From positions 96,001 to 160,000 of the forward strand of contig CAVXEP010000003.1 in NCBI GenBank assembly GCA_963760795.1: a stretch of 64,000 nucleotides of DNA. Reading direction: 5' to 3'. The stretch comes from an uncultured delta proteobacterium (GTDB lineage Bacteria; Desulfobacterota; Binatia; UBA9968). The notes beneath the pieces are model-generated. The model was not told the DNA's origin. It was given only the letters and a program-made list of their open reading frames with translations, and made no database searches. Positions within the stretch are counted from its first letter, which is position 1, and each line of letters opens with the position of its first letter. Made by a program: the position numbers and the translations under genes. Shown here one piece after another: positions 21,357 to 31,850 of this stretch.

Positions 21357-21435
21357 AACTTTGAAAAACGTACGCTAGCAATTTCTCACTAGCCGCTCAA
21401 GGCGAGTAGCTCTGGACTGATCGCAAACGGAGGAG

Positions 21436-21477
21436 TTAAACGGATTGAACGTTTTGAACTACTTGAACGGCTTGGAC
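21436..21477. repeat. 9-bp-period TTGAAC tandem repeat
   Basis: TTAAACgga TTGAACgtt TTGAACtac TTGAACggc TTGGAC. Confidence 0.7.
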
Positions 21478-21481
21478 AAGT

Positions 21482-22732
21482 TCAATGCCGCGCCCACAAC
21501 CGCTGGTCGTACAGCGCCACCGCCGGCACCGCGGCGAGCCAGATGCAGACATCGGAGATCGCCAGTAGCAAGGTGGAAAGCGTAAACGACATCGTATAGC
21601 TGCCGGTCCAGTCATGGAACACGCCGCCGAAGAAAGAGCCCAAGGCGCCGCCGACGCCAACGGCGACGGTGGAATAACCGAGGATCGAACCGAAGCCTTT
21701 GCCGGAAAAGATATCGGCGGTGAGCGAGGAAAAAATCACCGCCCGCGAGCCGAAGCCGATGCCGAAAAAAATCACGTAGACGTAAAGCAGCCAGGCCTGA
21801 CTCGGATCGCGCAGCAACATCAAGGCACCGACGCCGACGACGGTCATGGCTATATTTAGCGTATAGGCCGCCTGTTTGGTCAAGCGGTCGGCGATAAAGC
21901 CGAATATTACCCGACCGAAACTGCTGGTGATGCCGGCGAAGCCAAAGATCGACGCCGCCAATAATTTGCTGAACCCGACATCGACGACATGGGCGACCTG
22001 ATGAGTGACGATGACGGTCGTGCCGGAGGCCGCGCCGATGCGGGCGATAAACAACAGCCAGAACTGCAAACTCTGCAACGCCAACTTGGCGGTCCACTGC
22101 TTCTGCTCGTCTTTCCTCAGTTTAAGATGACCGCCGCTATGCCCGTGCGGCCCCGGTTGATAGGAAACCAACACGATAGGCAGTAGCAAGACCAACACCA
22201 TCGCCGCGTAGATCTCGAAAGTGCTTTCCCAGCCATAGCCGGAAAGCAGCCATTCGCTGAGCGGCGCCAACAACATGATACCGACGCCGCTGCCAGCGTA
22301 TACCACGCCGATGGCCGAAGCTCGATTGGCCGAAAACCATTCTGAGATAAGAAAAATATGCGGCACCATGCCGGTCAAGGTGAACCCGGTGGCGAGCACG
22401 AGCCCGAAGCAGATATAAAGTTGCCACAGCGCCGACACCTGGCTGCTGAGAAAAAGCCCAACTCCCAGAGTGAGACAGCCGGCAATGGCAATTTTTCTGG
22501 TGCCGTAACGGTCGAGTAAATAACCAGCTCCGGGAGAAAGCAGCGCATCGACAGCAAGGACGATGGAAAATATCCCTGCCGTCGCGCCCCGGCTCCAGCC
22601 GAAAGCGTCGAGCAGGGCAACGTTAAAAACGCCGAAAGAAGAATGCAACCCGCGCGAAAAACCGAGCACGATGAAAGCAAACGCGGCGATTAACCAGGGT
22701 GTGGGAGAGAAACGCATCACGGTAATTGCCAT
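21482..22732 (-). CDS. MFS transporter
   Basis: About 12 TM helices, GYLLDRYGTRK and GFIADRL; paralogous to 16056-17348. Confidence 0.9.
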   Translation of the reverse strand: MAITVMRFSPTPWLIAAFAFIVLGFSRGLHSSFGVFNVALLDAFGWSRGATAGIFSIVLAVDALLSPGAGYLLDRYGTRKIAIAGCLTLGVGLFLSSQVSALWQLYICFGLVLATGFTLTGMVPHIFLISEWFSANRASAIGVVYAGSGVGIMLLAPLSEWLLSGYGWESTFEIYAAMVLVLLLPIVLVSYQPGPHGHSGGHLKLRKDEQKQWTAKLALQSLQFWLLFIARIGAASGTTVIVTHQVAHVVDVGFSKLLAASIFGFAGITSSFGRVIFGFIADRLTKQAAYTLNIAMTVVGVGALMLLRDPSQAWLLYVYVIFFGIGFGSRAVIFSSLTADIFSGKGFGSILGYSTVAVGVGGALGSFFGGVFHDWTGSYTMSFTLSTLLLAISDVCIWLAAVPAVALYDQRLWARH

Positions 22733-22860
22733 TTGTCCTTAACAGAACGATCTCAAGCCCACAAGCCGGCAGGTTCAAAATAGCGCAAGCGATCCAGCGC
22801 TACCCGATCGCCCGTGGCTTATTGTCTTTTCCCCCTAGCGCGCTTATCTTATGACTAGCC

Positions 22861-23703
22861 ATGCAGGTTCGATTTTTATTATTCGCGTTATCTTGTTTAG
22901 CGGTTGCCGCATGCTCTGGATCAGGGACCGGCTTCTCATCCGGGCGCCAAGCGCTGTTGCGCGGCGAGCCCGATAATGCTGTCGCTGATTTTGATCGTGT
23001 GGCGCAAGCGGATCCCGGCTACATTGCTAATTCGCCGCCGCCACGCAAAAGTATCTGGACCTACGTCGGGCGCGCGCACTACAACTCGGGGCGATACGCC
23101 GACGCCAAAGTTGCCTTCGACAAAGCTCTCACTCATCTTAAGGACGACTATGTCGCGCGGCTCTACCGCGGGCTGACCCTGCTCCGGGTTCAGTCCGCGA
23201 CGCCGCCTCCGGCCAACGTTTTTACCCTGCAAGAGGTTTCCTATGCACTACGTGAAGGTGTGTCGCCACGGCGAGTAAGCACGCTAGCGCGTGAGCGCGG
23301 CGTTGCCTTTGATCTCAACCTAGAAACTGAAAGCCAGCTAAAAAACGCGGGCGCCGACACAATTTTGTTGGATGATTTGCGCAAGTTGCGCGCCGAGCGC
23401 GCCAAACAAAATCAACCCAGCGACAACCAGCGCACCGAGGGCGCCAAGGAAATTACCGCAGCCTTGACTGCCCTGCGCGACTGGCTCAGCTACACTATCG
23501 CCAGCACTCCCCAGGGACGTTTTTGGGATCCGTCGGGAGAGATTCGCGCGGAAATTTCACGGGGACTACGCGCTGCCACGGCGAGTCCGCGCGATTGGGA
23601 GGCCATCGTCACCGGTGCCGAATCGGTGGGTTACAAGTTGGAAGAGGAAGGCGATCGCGCTCGGCGTGACGAAGCCGACGATTTCGAGCGGCGGCGCCGT
23701 TAA
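22861..23703 (+). CDS. TPR-repeat lipoprotein
   Basis: Lipobox VAAC after a signal peptide; TPR-like IWTYVGRAHYNSGRYADAKVAFDKAL...ARLYRGLTL. Confidence 0.8.
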   Translation: MQVRFLLFALSCLAVAACSGSGTGFSSGRQALLRGEPDNAVADFDRVAQADPGYIANSPPPRKSIWTYVGRAHYNSGRYADAKVAFDKALTHLKDDYVARLYRGLTLLRVQSATPPPANVFTLQEVSYALREGVSPRRVSTLARERGVAFDLNLETESQLKNAGADTILLDDLRKLRAERAKQNQPSDNQRTEGAKEITAALTALRDWLSYTIASTPQGRFWDPSGEIRAEISRGLRAATASPRDWEAIVTGAESVGYKLEEEGDRARRDEADDFERRRR

Positions 23704-23735
23704 CGATCTGCGAATTGCCAGTCTAGTTAAATCTT

Positions 23736-25174
23736 TCAGCAGTCGATTCGCTGGCCTAGACTTCTCTCTGCGGCACAGGCTCTTTTGGTTTTATCGATCT
23801 CGTTAACCAACTCAGCGTTGCTCGGATCGAGGGCGGCCGCTTTTTTCAACTCCGCCAACGCCGCTGCATACTGTCCCTGCTCGCGTAAGCTTTTGGCCCT
23901 CGCGATATAAGGTCCGAGCCTTGCCTTGACCGCCGCCACTGGTGGGGGCGCAGTGGATGGTTTCGCCACAGCTGTTTCGAGCTGCGCTTTTTTCGGCAAC
24001 TCCTTCACGACCAGGGTGACCGGAGCGCTGGTCACTTCGCCGGCGCGCACTGCGACATCGACTCGGCCCGGCCGTAAACCACTGAGTTGACGTTCCGGCG
24101 TGATCGCCGCGATGGTCGGATCACTGATTTGCCACCGCAAGTAGCGGGTAATCGGCTTTTCACTCTGGTCCGAATAGCGCCCATGCACACGGAGCGCGAC
24201 TTTGTCGTTCGCGAGCAGTTCTTTGCGCGCAGGCATGATTTCAAGTTTCACCATTCTAACGGCTGGGATATCTCTGACGATTTTTTCGTCCGATTTCACA
24301 GTCACGGTCCATGACGCACTGACAAGCTCTCCTTGGCGCGCCGATATCTCGGCGATGCCCGGCTGTAACGCCTTCACCTTTCCTTGCGTATCGACAACCG
24401 CAACGCTAGCATCACTGCTCGTCCAATCGACTGGACCCGCGATATCACTCTTCGTCCCATCGGAATATTGTCCTTGCAGTGTGAGCGCCAAGCTGTCGGC
24501 GGGCTTCAGCGGGGTGCCATCGATGATGATCGCAGTCAGTCGACGCGCCGCCGGTTGAGACGGAGCCGGTTCGTGCACCGGCGCCACCGGTTGTGTTTCA
24601 CGGGCGATTCGACCAGGCATTGAAATTTGTAATGCCACGAGAACTCCGGCAAGGCGGCTCCACCACCAACCAATTTCTTCCAGTGCCCGCGAACATCCGT
24701 CGCAAAGAGATTGCAATGGATCCTTCACTTGCAGGCACGCCAATGTCATCGGCAACTTGCGGCTTGCTCATCGGTCGCTTTGCTTCGCCCAGCAAAGCTT
24801 TTAGGTCAGCGATCAACAGCGGTACGGCCGGCGTATCGGCGGAACCGTCCCAGTCTATCAGGTTAGCCGCTTGGATCGCGGAAACCCACCGGCGGCGCGA
24901 CATGTTCAATCAGCACTGGAAAGAGCAGTTTTTCCAACCGGCGTGCCTCTTCGGCTTCTTCCAGGACCCATGGACTTTTTAACGAGTTTTCCGACCACAG
25001 CACGATCAAGCAGCGCATGCCCTGCAGCGCCTCTTCGAGGACGGCGCGCCAAGTGCGGCCTGCGGGGATGCGGCGGTCCCACCACACGCTCAAGCCGGCC
25101 GATTCGAGAGCTCGGGCAAGATGTCCGGCAGTCTCGCGGTCTTCGTTTGCGTAACTGATAAAAATGTCGGCCAT
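23736..25174 (-). CDS. TIR-domain membrane protein with two bacterial Ig-like (BIG2) domains and a C-terminal TPR (about 3 frameshifts)
   Basis: MADIFISYANEDRE...VWWDRRIPAG...IVLWSENSLKSPWVLEEA (TIR); joins to IQAANLIDWDG; hydrophobic segment; GQYSDGTKSDI..VDWTSSDASVAVV and GRYSDQSEKPI..LRWQISDPTIAAI (BIG2); GQYAAALAELKKAAALDPSN (TPR). Confidence 0.8.
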
Positions 25175-25399
25175 ACGGATCGATCGAAAACTCTTGCGCT
25201 CAACGCGGGTAGCTACAAAGGTTCAGAACGAGCGCATTGTAGCAAAAACCGGGCAGTTTTGTAATGAAGAATTTATCCGGATGAATTTACCCGGACCATG
25301 TGGCACTGCGGTGCGTGATGATTGTATTCCACGCACAGACCTTCTTGACAACTCGCACGGCCAAGTAATACAGCTCAACTCGACTAGGAGGGATTGCCC

Positions 25400-26524
25400 A
25401 TGCGAGTTATCGATGCCGACGGCCATGTCGAAGAAAATTTAGATACTTTTAGCGATAAATATTTGGACCCGGCGTTTCGCGCGCTGCGCCCGCGCGTCAC
25501 CGGCGTCGACGGCCTGGCCTACTGGGTGATCGAAGAGCAGCTCTATCCGCGCCGCGTCGGACCGGGCTGCCACAACCTCGGCACGCCGACCAACGTCAAC
25601 GGCCAGGTCGCCGCTCACACCATGGGTAAGCAGGAAAGCATCGCCAGCATGGAACTGGACGATATCGCGGCGCGCTTAAAGTTGATGGACGACGAAGACA
25701 TCGCCGTGCAGGTCATCTACACGACGCTGTTCCTCGCCTACCCGCTGACGACGAATGTACCGCTGGCAACCGCGCTCACATCTTCTTACAACCGTTGGAT
25801 GGGCCAACGCCTGGCCGGCCAAGCACGCATCAAGTGGTCGGCGGTGGTCAATCTCGACGACATCCCAGGGGCGGTCAAACAAGTTCGCGAAGCGAAAAAA
25901 CTCGGCGCCGTCTCGGTCATGGTGCTCGGCACCGCCGGCGACGACATGCTCGACCACCCGCGCCTCGATCCGTTTTACGCCGCGCTCTGCGAAGAAAATC
26001 TCGCCTTAGGCGTCCATGTCGGCTGGTCTTGCCCGTCAATAAACAATCTCTACTCGCATATCTACCCGTCCGGCGTCATCGCCTTTCACGTGCCGCTACT
26101 GATGGCCTTCACCGCCCTGGTCAGCGGCGGCGTGCTCGATCGATTTCCGCAGATGAAAGTAGTTTTCCTCGAAGCCGGCTGCCAGTGGGTGCCGTTTATC
26201 ATCGAACGAATCCATCACCGCTTCAAAAACCAAGGCTCGACGCTGAGAAAATTCCTGCCGCAAACCGCGCCGATCCAGAAACTGCCGGTGATGGAATACA
26301 TCAAACAAGGCAACATCTATTTCAGCACCGAAGTCGAAGACGAAATCCTGCCGAACGTTTTGAATCTCGTCGGTGAAGGCCAAGTTATCTTCGGCAGCGA
26401 CATGCCCCACGGCGACCGCGACCGCTGCGCCGCCGCGATCTTGCAAAAGCGCACGGATATCAGCGAATCGGCGAAGGGAAGTATCTTAGAGAAGAATCCG
26501 GCGAAGCTGTATGGAATAACCTAG
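25400..26524 (+). CDS. Amidohydrolase_2 family protein
   Basis: IDADGHV, GVHVG, GVLDRFP..FLEAG, FGSDMPHGD, NPAKLYG. Confidence 0.9.
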   Translation: MRVIDADGHVEENLDTFSDKYLDPAFRALRPRVTGVDGLAYWVIEEQLYPRRVGPGCHNLGTPTNVNGQVAAHTMGKQESIASMELDDIAARLKLMDDEDIAVQVIYTTLFLAYPLTTNVPLATALTSSYNRWMGQRLAGQARIKWSAVVNLDDIPGAVKQVREAKKLGAVSVMVLGTAGDDMLDHPRLDPFYAALCEENLALGVHVGWSCPSINNLYSHIYPSGVIAFHVPLLMAFTALVSGGVLDRFPQMKVVFLEAGCQWVPFIIERIHHRFKNQGSTLRKFLPQTAPIQKLPVMEYIKQGNIYFSTEVEDEILPNVLNLVGEGQVIFGSDMPHGDRDRCAAAILQKRTDISESAKGSILEKNPAKLYGIT

Positions 26525-26549
26525 ATCAGTTACAACTGAATGAGTTCTC

Positions 26550-26626
26550 TCACCGCCAAGGCGCAGAGAACCCAGAGGAGAGATTTGTTAGAAACTAACT
26601 CCGCGTTATCTGCGCCTTTGCGGTGA
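26550..26626. repeat. REP-like long inverted repeat / bidirectional terminator between convergent genes
   Basis: TCACCGCCAAGGCGCAGAGAACCCAGAG ... CTCCGCGTTATCTGCGCCTTTGCGGTGA. Confidence 0.7.
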
Positions 26627-26627
26627 T

Positions 26628-27611
26628 CTACGGCTTCCAGCCGCTCGCCTTCAATTCCTCATTGGCTTTGCGCGCGAAGCTGAAGTCGAAGACATCGGCG
26701 AATTTCATATCTCGCGTAGTCTTGGTCGCCGCCTTCATCTCATCGATCATCGGTTGGAGAATCTTTGGATCGCTGATCCCGTTGCGCACCATGAGTTTCG
26801 CCTCTTCGTCGTAGATCGCCGCCGCCATGTCGCGGTCTTTGAGTTTCAGGATGTCCATGGAGTACTTAATTGACGCGTCGCGCTTAGCGAGATAAAAGGC
26901 CGCGCCCTTCAAGGCCGCGCGCATGATCTTGGCGATTTTCGCCGGTTGTTGTTTGATCTTGTCATCGGAGGTCGCCAAGCCACCCTGGATCGTATTTACG
27001 TACTCGCCCGCCGCAGCGAGTTTGACGAAGCCATCCTTTTGCGCGCGTAGACTAGCCGCTGTGTTAAATAGCGTCGCCTGAATGGCCTTTGCCTTGAGCG
27101 CCGGGAAACGCACATCGTCGCCGCCCATCACAACCAGTTGCGCATCCTTCGCCGCATCGATGCCATGTTTTTTCAATATCTCGCGCGTCACCATCGCCAG
27201 CGACCCTTCCGGCGACATGATCGCCACCGTCTGGCCGCGCAGCTGGGCGATGGACTTGATATTTGGCAACGCAATCAAATCCCAGCCGGGTCTATCTTGG
27301 AAAACCGCGAGTATTTTCACCGGCACATTGCGCGCCACGGCGGCAATCCCACTGCCGGCGTTGGTGAACATATCGATCTCGCCGGCCAGGGTCGTGCGAA
27401 TCGCGATCTCGCCGCGGATGCTCAGAAACTCGACGTTCAATCCCTCTTCGCGGAAGTAGCCTTCTTTGTTGGCGATGATCAAGCACAGCACCGACGCTGA
27501 TAACGATGGATGGGCAATGCGGATGTTTTCCTGTGAGTGTCCGTTTCGGTTAGCAAACGTCACCAGGACAAAACTCATGATAAGGAACAAACTGATTCGG
27601 CGACAAATCAT
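26628..27611 (-). CDS. ABC transporter substrate-binding protein (NMT1/THI5/SsuA-like)
   Basis: Signal peptide; IANKEGYFREEGLNVE, IKSIAQLRGQTVAI; C-terminal DVFDFSFARKA. Confidence 0.88.
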   Translation of the reverse strand: MICRRISLFLIMSFVLVTFANRNGHSQENIRIAHPSLSASVLCLIIANKEGYFREEGLNVEFLSIRGEIAIRTTLAGEIDMFTNAGSGIAAVARNVPVKILAVFQDRPGWDLIALPNIKSIAQLRGQTVAIMSPEGSLAMVTREILKKHGIDAAKDAQLVVMGGDDVRFPALKAKAIQATLFNTAASLRAQKDGFVKLAAAGEYVNTIQGGLATSDDKIKQQPAKIAKIMRAALKGAAFYLAKRDASIKYSMDILKLKDRDMAAAIYDEEAKLMVRNGISDPKILQPMIDEMKAATKTTRDMKFADVFDFSFARKANEELKASGWKP

Positions 27612-27748
27612 TGATAACCTCCTTCGCTTACCGCGATCACCACTCCCGATACAGAAAGCGCTCTCTCTTGGCAAGAGGGTTGGCGTTGACCCCATCCGGA
27701 CAACGGTGATAAACCGTCGGCTATCGTTGTCCTCCCTAGGAGTGTTTC

Positions 27749-29230
27749 ATGGCTAATTCGATTATCGAAACGGATGTAGCGATCATCGGCGGCGGCGGTG
27801 CGGGTATACCGGCAGCCATCGAAGTCGCCCGCGCCGGCGGCAAAGCACTGGTTCTGGAAGGCGCGGCGGAATGCGGCGGCACGGCGGCGATCTCCGGCGG
27901 CGGTTGCTGCATCGTCGGCACGCCGCTGCAAAAGGCCGAAGGAATCAACGATACGCCCGACTTGGCATTCGAGGATTGGGTCAAGTGGGGCGGCGGCCAG
28001 GCCGACGAAATCTGGGCACGCTATTACCTCGACCATAGCTTGCACGATTTGTATCACTGGGCCGAGAGCTGCGGCGTCAAATGGGTCGACATGAAGTTTC
28101 AGGAAGGCAACCGCGTCTTGCGCTGGCACCGTCCGGACAACAACGGCTTGGGTCTCATGACCGCGCTGATCGAAACCGCCGCATCGATTCCCAACATCAC
28201 GATCATGACGTCGACCAAAGCCGACAAACTGATCACGAAAGATGGCCGCGTCGCCGGTCTTACCGCTACGAAAGGTAGTGAAGCCATCAACATCCACAGC
28301 AAAACCGTGGTCGTTGCCACCGGCGGTTTCAATTCCAATCTCGAAATGGTCCTGGAACACCGCCCCGAGTTCAAAAACTTCCGCGTCATGGAAGGCTCCG
28401 GCTTCGGCGCCAAGGGCGATGGCCACAAGATGATCGGCGAGCTCGGCGGCTACTTCACGCATATGGACTGCATCTGGTTCTACGTCTACGCCACGCCGGA
28501 TTACCGCGACCCGCAGCAGAGCCGCGGCTTGGTTTTCCGCATGGTGCCCGGCTACATCTGGTTCAACCAGCAGGGCCGGCGCTTTCACAACGAGTCGCGC
28601 ACCGGCGGCGCCTCGGCAACCCCCGCGCTGCTCGCGCAAACGCCGCCCCACGCCTGGGCCATCGCCGACACGCCGATGCTGGCAAAGATCGACGTCGCCG
28701 ACCCGTACTATCGCCGCGGCGATGTCATTGACCGCCCCAGAGTCGAAGAGCTGCTAAATAATTCGCCGTTCATCAAGAAGGCCAACAATCTCGAAGAGCT
28801 GGGCAAGCAGTGTCGATTCGAAGACGTGAAGAACTTTCTTGGCGAGGTCGAAGCCTACAATCAATGCTTCGATGAGAAATTGGAAAATGAATCCAAGTTC
28901 GGCAAGTCGCTCAAGGGTTCGAAGAAGTTCGACACGCCGCCTTACTACGCGATGCAGATTTGCCCGCTGGCGCGGAAAAATTTCGGCGGCGCCAAAACCG
29001 ATCTGCGTTGCCGCGCGCTGAATAAATTTTTCGAGCCGATCCCGGGACTCTATGCCGCCGGCGAAGTCGCCGGCATGGCCGGCGGTCATATCAACGGCAA
29101 AGCCGGCCTCGAAGGCACCATGCTCGGCCCATCGATCTTCAGCGGCCGCGTCGCCGGCGCCTGGGCTGCCCACGAAGCCGGCTTCGGCCCCGGCTTTGTC
29201 GGCAAACCGAACCGGCCGGAGCAAGATTAA
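27749..29230 (+). CDS. FAD-dependent oxidoreductase, FAD_binding_2 (fumarate reductase/KstD-like) family
   Basis: DVAIIGGGGAG, GGTAAISGG, VVVATGGF, GDGHKM, NQQGRRFHNE, PIPGLYAAGEVAG. Confidence 0.88.
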   Translation: MANSIIETDVAIIGGGGAGIPAAIEVARAGGKALVLEGAAECGGTAAISGGGCCIVGTPLQKAEGINDTPDLAFEDWVKWGGGQADEIWARYYLDHSLHDLYHWAESCGVKWVDMKFQEGNRVLRWHRPDNNGLGLMTALIETAASIPNITIMTSTKADKLITKDGRVAGLTATKGSEAINIHSKTVVVATGGFNSNLEMVLEHRPEFKNFRVMEGSGFGAKGDGHKMIGELGGYFTHMDCIWFYVYATPDYRDPQQSRGLVFRMVPGYIWFNQQGRRFHNESRTGGASATPALLAQTPPHAWAIADTPMLAKIDVADPYYRRGDVIDRPRVEELLNNSPFIKKANNLEELGKQCRFEDVKNFLGEVEAYNQCFDEKLENESKFGKSLKGSKKFDTPPYYAMQICPLARKNFGGAKTDLRCRALNKFFEPIPGLYAAGEVAGMAGGHINGKAGLEGTMLGPSIFSGRVAGAWAAHEAGFGPGFVGKPNRPEQD

Positions 29231-29236
29231 ATTGCC

Positions 29237-29305
29237 GTTCAAGCGTTCAACGGTTCAACGATCCGGAGTCTGACCTTGAACTGTTGAACGTTTGAACTTT
29301 TGAAC
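29237..29305. repeat. Inverted array of 8-bp-period GTTCAA/TTGAAC repeats
   Basis: GTTCAA x3 (29237, 29245, 29253) facing TTGAAC x4 (29276-29300). Confidence 0.75.
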
Positions 29306-29343
29306 CGCCACGCACGGCACGCAAGGCGCAATCGGAGAACCAC

Positions 29344-31754
29344 ATGTCCAAACCAGCAGAGTCCGTAAGCGATGTAAGGGAAGTGCGCGGCTACTGCGCC
29401 CTCTGCACGGCCCACTGCGCCACCATCGCCACCGTCGAGAACGGCCGGGTGACAAAGTTGGAGCCGGATCACGATCATCCCAACGGCGGCGTCATGTGCG
29501 TCAAGGGCAAGGCCGCGCCCGAGCTGGTTTACAATTCTGACCGCTTGAATTATCCGCTCAAGCGCACCCGGCCCAAGACCGACGCCGATCCCGGCTGGCA
29601 GCGCGTCAGTTGGGACGAAGCCCTCGACGACATCGCGAGAAAATTGTTATCGATCCGCGAGCAGCATGGCGCCAAGGCGATGGCACTGGGCAAGGGGACG
29701 AAGAGCGGCACCTCGGTTGACGATGTCGAGCGCTGGCTTGGCCGGTTTCTCTATCTCTACGGCAGTCCGAACTGGGTTTCGACCACTCATGTCTGCAACT
29801 GGCACAAAGACACCGGCTTCAGTTTTACCTTCGGCACGACGATTCAGACGCCGGATGTCGCGCATAGCAAAACGTTTTTACTCTGGGGCCATAACCCGAG
29901 CTCGACATCATTGATCCTCGCCCACGACATCGTCGCCGCACGCCAGCGCGGCATGAAAACCGTGGTCGTCGATCCGCGCCGCATCGGCATCGGCGCCAGC
30001 GCCGACATGTTGCTGCAAGTCCGTCCCGGCACCGACGGCGCCCTGGCGCTGGCGCTGATCCATTGTCTTGATCGAAGAGAGCTGGTACGACGTCGAATTC
30101 GTGCGCCGCTGGACCAACGGCATGTTCTTGCTGAATATGGCAACCGGCGCGGTCGTCAGCGAAGCCGATCTCAGCGCAGCGGGAAGCCAGAATCGCTTCG
30201 TGGTTTGGGACGAAGCGAAGAATGAAACTGTCATTTACGATCCTGACAGCGGCAGCGTATGCCCGCGACAACGTGCGCCCCGCACTCTTCGGCACGCGCA
30301 CTCTGCGCTCGAAAGACGGCAATGAAATTATTTGTCAGCCGGTCTTCGAGCGGCTCGGCGAGATCGCCGCAGAATTCGCGCCGGAGAAATCTGCAAAAAT
30401 CACCTGGGTGCCAGCCGACCAAGTTTGGCAGACGGCGCTCATGCTGGCGCACAACCGGCCCGTCAGCATGTACATGTGGAACGGCGTCGGCCAGCATACC
30501 AACGCGACCCAAACCAGCCGCGCCATCGCGTCGCTCTACGCGCTGCTCGGCGACTTCGACCGCCAGGGCGGCAACGTGACCTTTCCCAAACTGCCGACCA
30601 ACAATGTCGATGGCAAAGAATTTTTATCGAAAGAAGCGGCGGCGCTGCGCATCGGCCGCGAGAAAAAGCCGCTCGGCCCGCCGGCATCGCCGGGCAACTG
30701 CGCCGCCTACGATATCTTCACCGCGATCCTCGACGAACGGCCCTATCCGATCAAAGCGTTTCTCGCCTTCGGCTGTAATCCGGTGATGTCCAACCCCGAC
30801 CCGCGCCGCGCCCGCGAAGCGCTGAGCAAATTGGATTTCGCCGTGGCGATGGATTTGTTCATGACGCCGACGGCCGCGCTCTGCGATTATGTTTTGCCGG
30901 CCACCAGTTTTCTCGAGATGTCCACCATCACCACCGCTTTCGAACATCGCCAGTTGGGCAAGACCCATCTGCAATACCGCGCCGCCGTGGTCGAACCGCT
31001 ACACGAGCGCCGCTCCGACACCTGGATACTTTTTGAATTGGCCAAGCGCATGGGCATGAGCGAGCAATTCTTCGACGGCGACATCGAAGCCGGCTACGCC
31101 TATGAACTGGCACCGACCGGAATTACGCTGGAACGAATTGAAAAACGCTCCCGGCGGCATTTCACGTCCGGTGGCACCGAGCTTCGAGAAACATGCCAAG
31201 ACAAATAAGGACGGCACGACCGCGCGGCTTCGCCACACCGTCGAAACGAGTCGAACTCTACTGCCACAAGTTCGCCGCCGCCGGCTATCCAGCCTTGCCG
31301 GAATACCTCGAACCGGCGCTGAGCCCGGTCAGCCGCCCCGATATCGCCGCCGATTTCCCCCTGGTCCTGACCAACGCGAAAAACACCACCTTCGTCCACA
31401 GCCAACATCGCTCCCTGACGAGCCTGCGCAAATCGCTGCCGGAACCGAGCGCCGATGTTCACCCGGAAACCGCATTGCGTTACGGCGTCAAGAATAAAGA
31501 ATGGATGACCGTCGAAACCCCGCGCGGCGCGATCAAAGTCAAAGCCCGTGTGACTACAAACATCGTCCCCGGCGCCGTCTGCGTCCAACATGGCTGGTGG
31601 CAAGGCTGTAAAGAATTGGAATTGCCCGGCTACAACGCCTACGAAGCAACCGGCGCCAACGCCGCCATGCTGATCGGCACCGACCAAGCCGATCCCGATC
31701 AGCGGCTCGCTGCCGCATCGGTCGTATCTGTGCAGAGTCCGCCCGGCGACATAA
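29344..31754 (+). CDS. Molybdopterin (bis-MGD) oxidoreductase, cytoplasmic, acetylene-hydratase-like clade (several frameshifts)
   Basis: CALCTAHC...MCVKG 4Fe-4S motif, DRLNYPLKR, WQRVSWDEALD, VVVDPR, RPGTDGALAL, DLFMTPTAALCDYVLPA, FATPSKRVE, VETPRGAIKVKA; no Tat signal. Confidence 0.88.
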
Positions 31755-31770
31755 ATCGCCGAGCGAGCCT

Positions 31771-31846
31771 GTTCCAGTCGTTCCAAGACGACCGGCCGAA
31801 ATCGGCGACGCTTTTGACGGCTTGAACGTTTTGAACGACTTGAACG
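31771..31846. repeat. 9-bp-period GTTCCA/TTGAAC inverted repeat array between convergent genes
   Basis: GTTCCA x2 followed by TTGAAC at 31822, 31831 and 31840. Confidence 0.65.
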
Positions 31847-31850
31847 AATA

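Noticed and set aside
27608-28651. Long antisense ORFs (e.g. 27608-28651, 32641-33663, 14985-15902)
   Set aside because: Shadow ORFs of high-GC genes on the opposite strand, with no recognisable motifs.
21436-31846. TTGAAC arrays as possible CRISPR repeats
   Set aside because: Units are 8-9 bp with no unique spacers and there are no cas genes.
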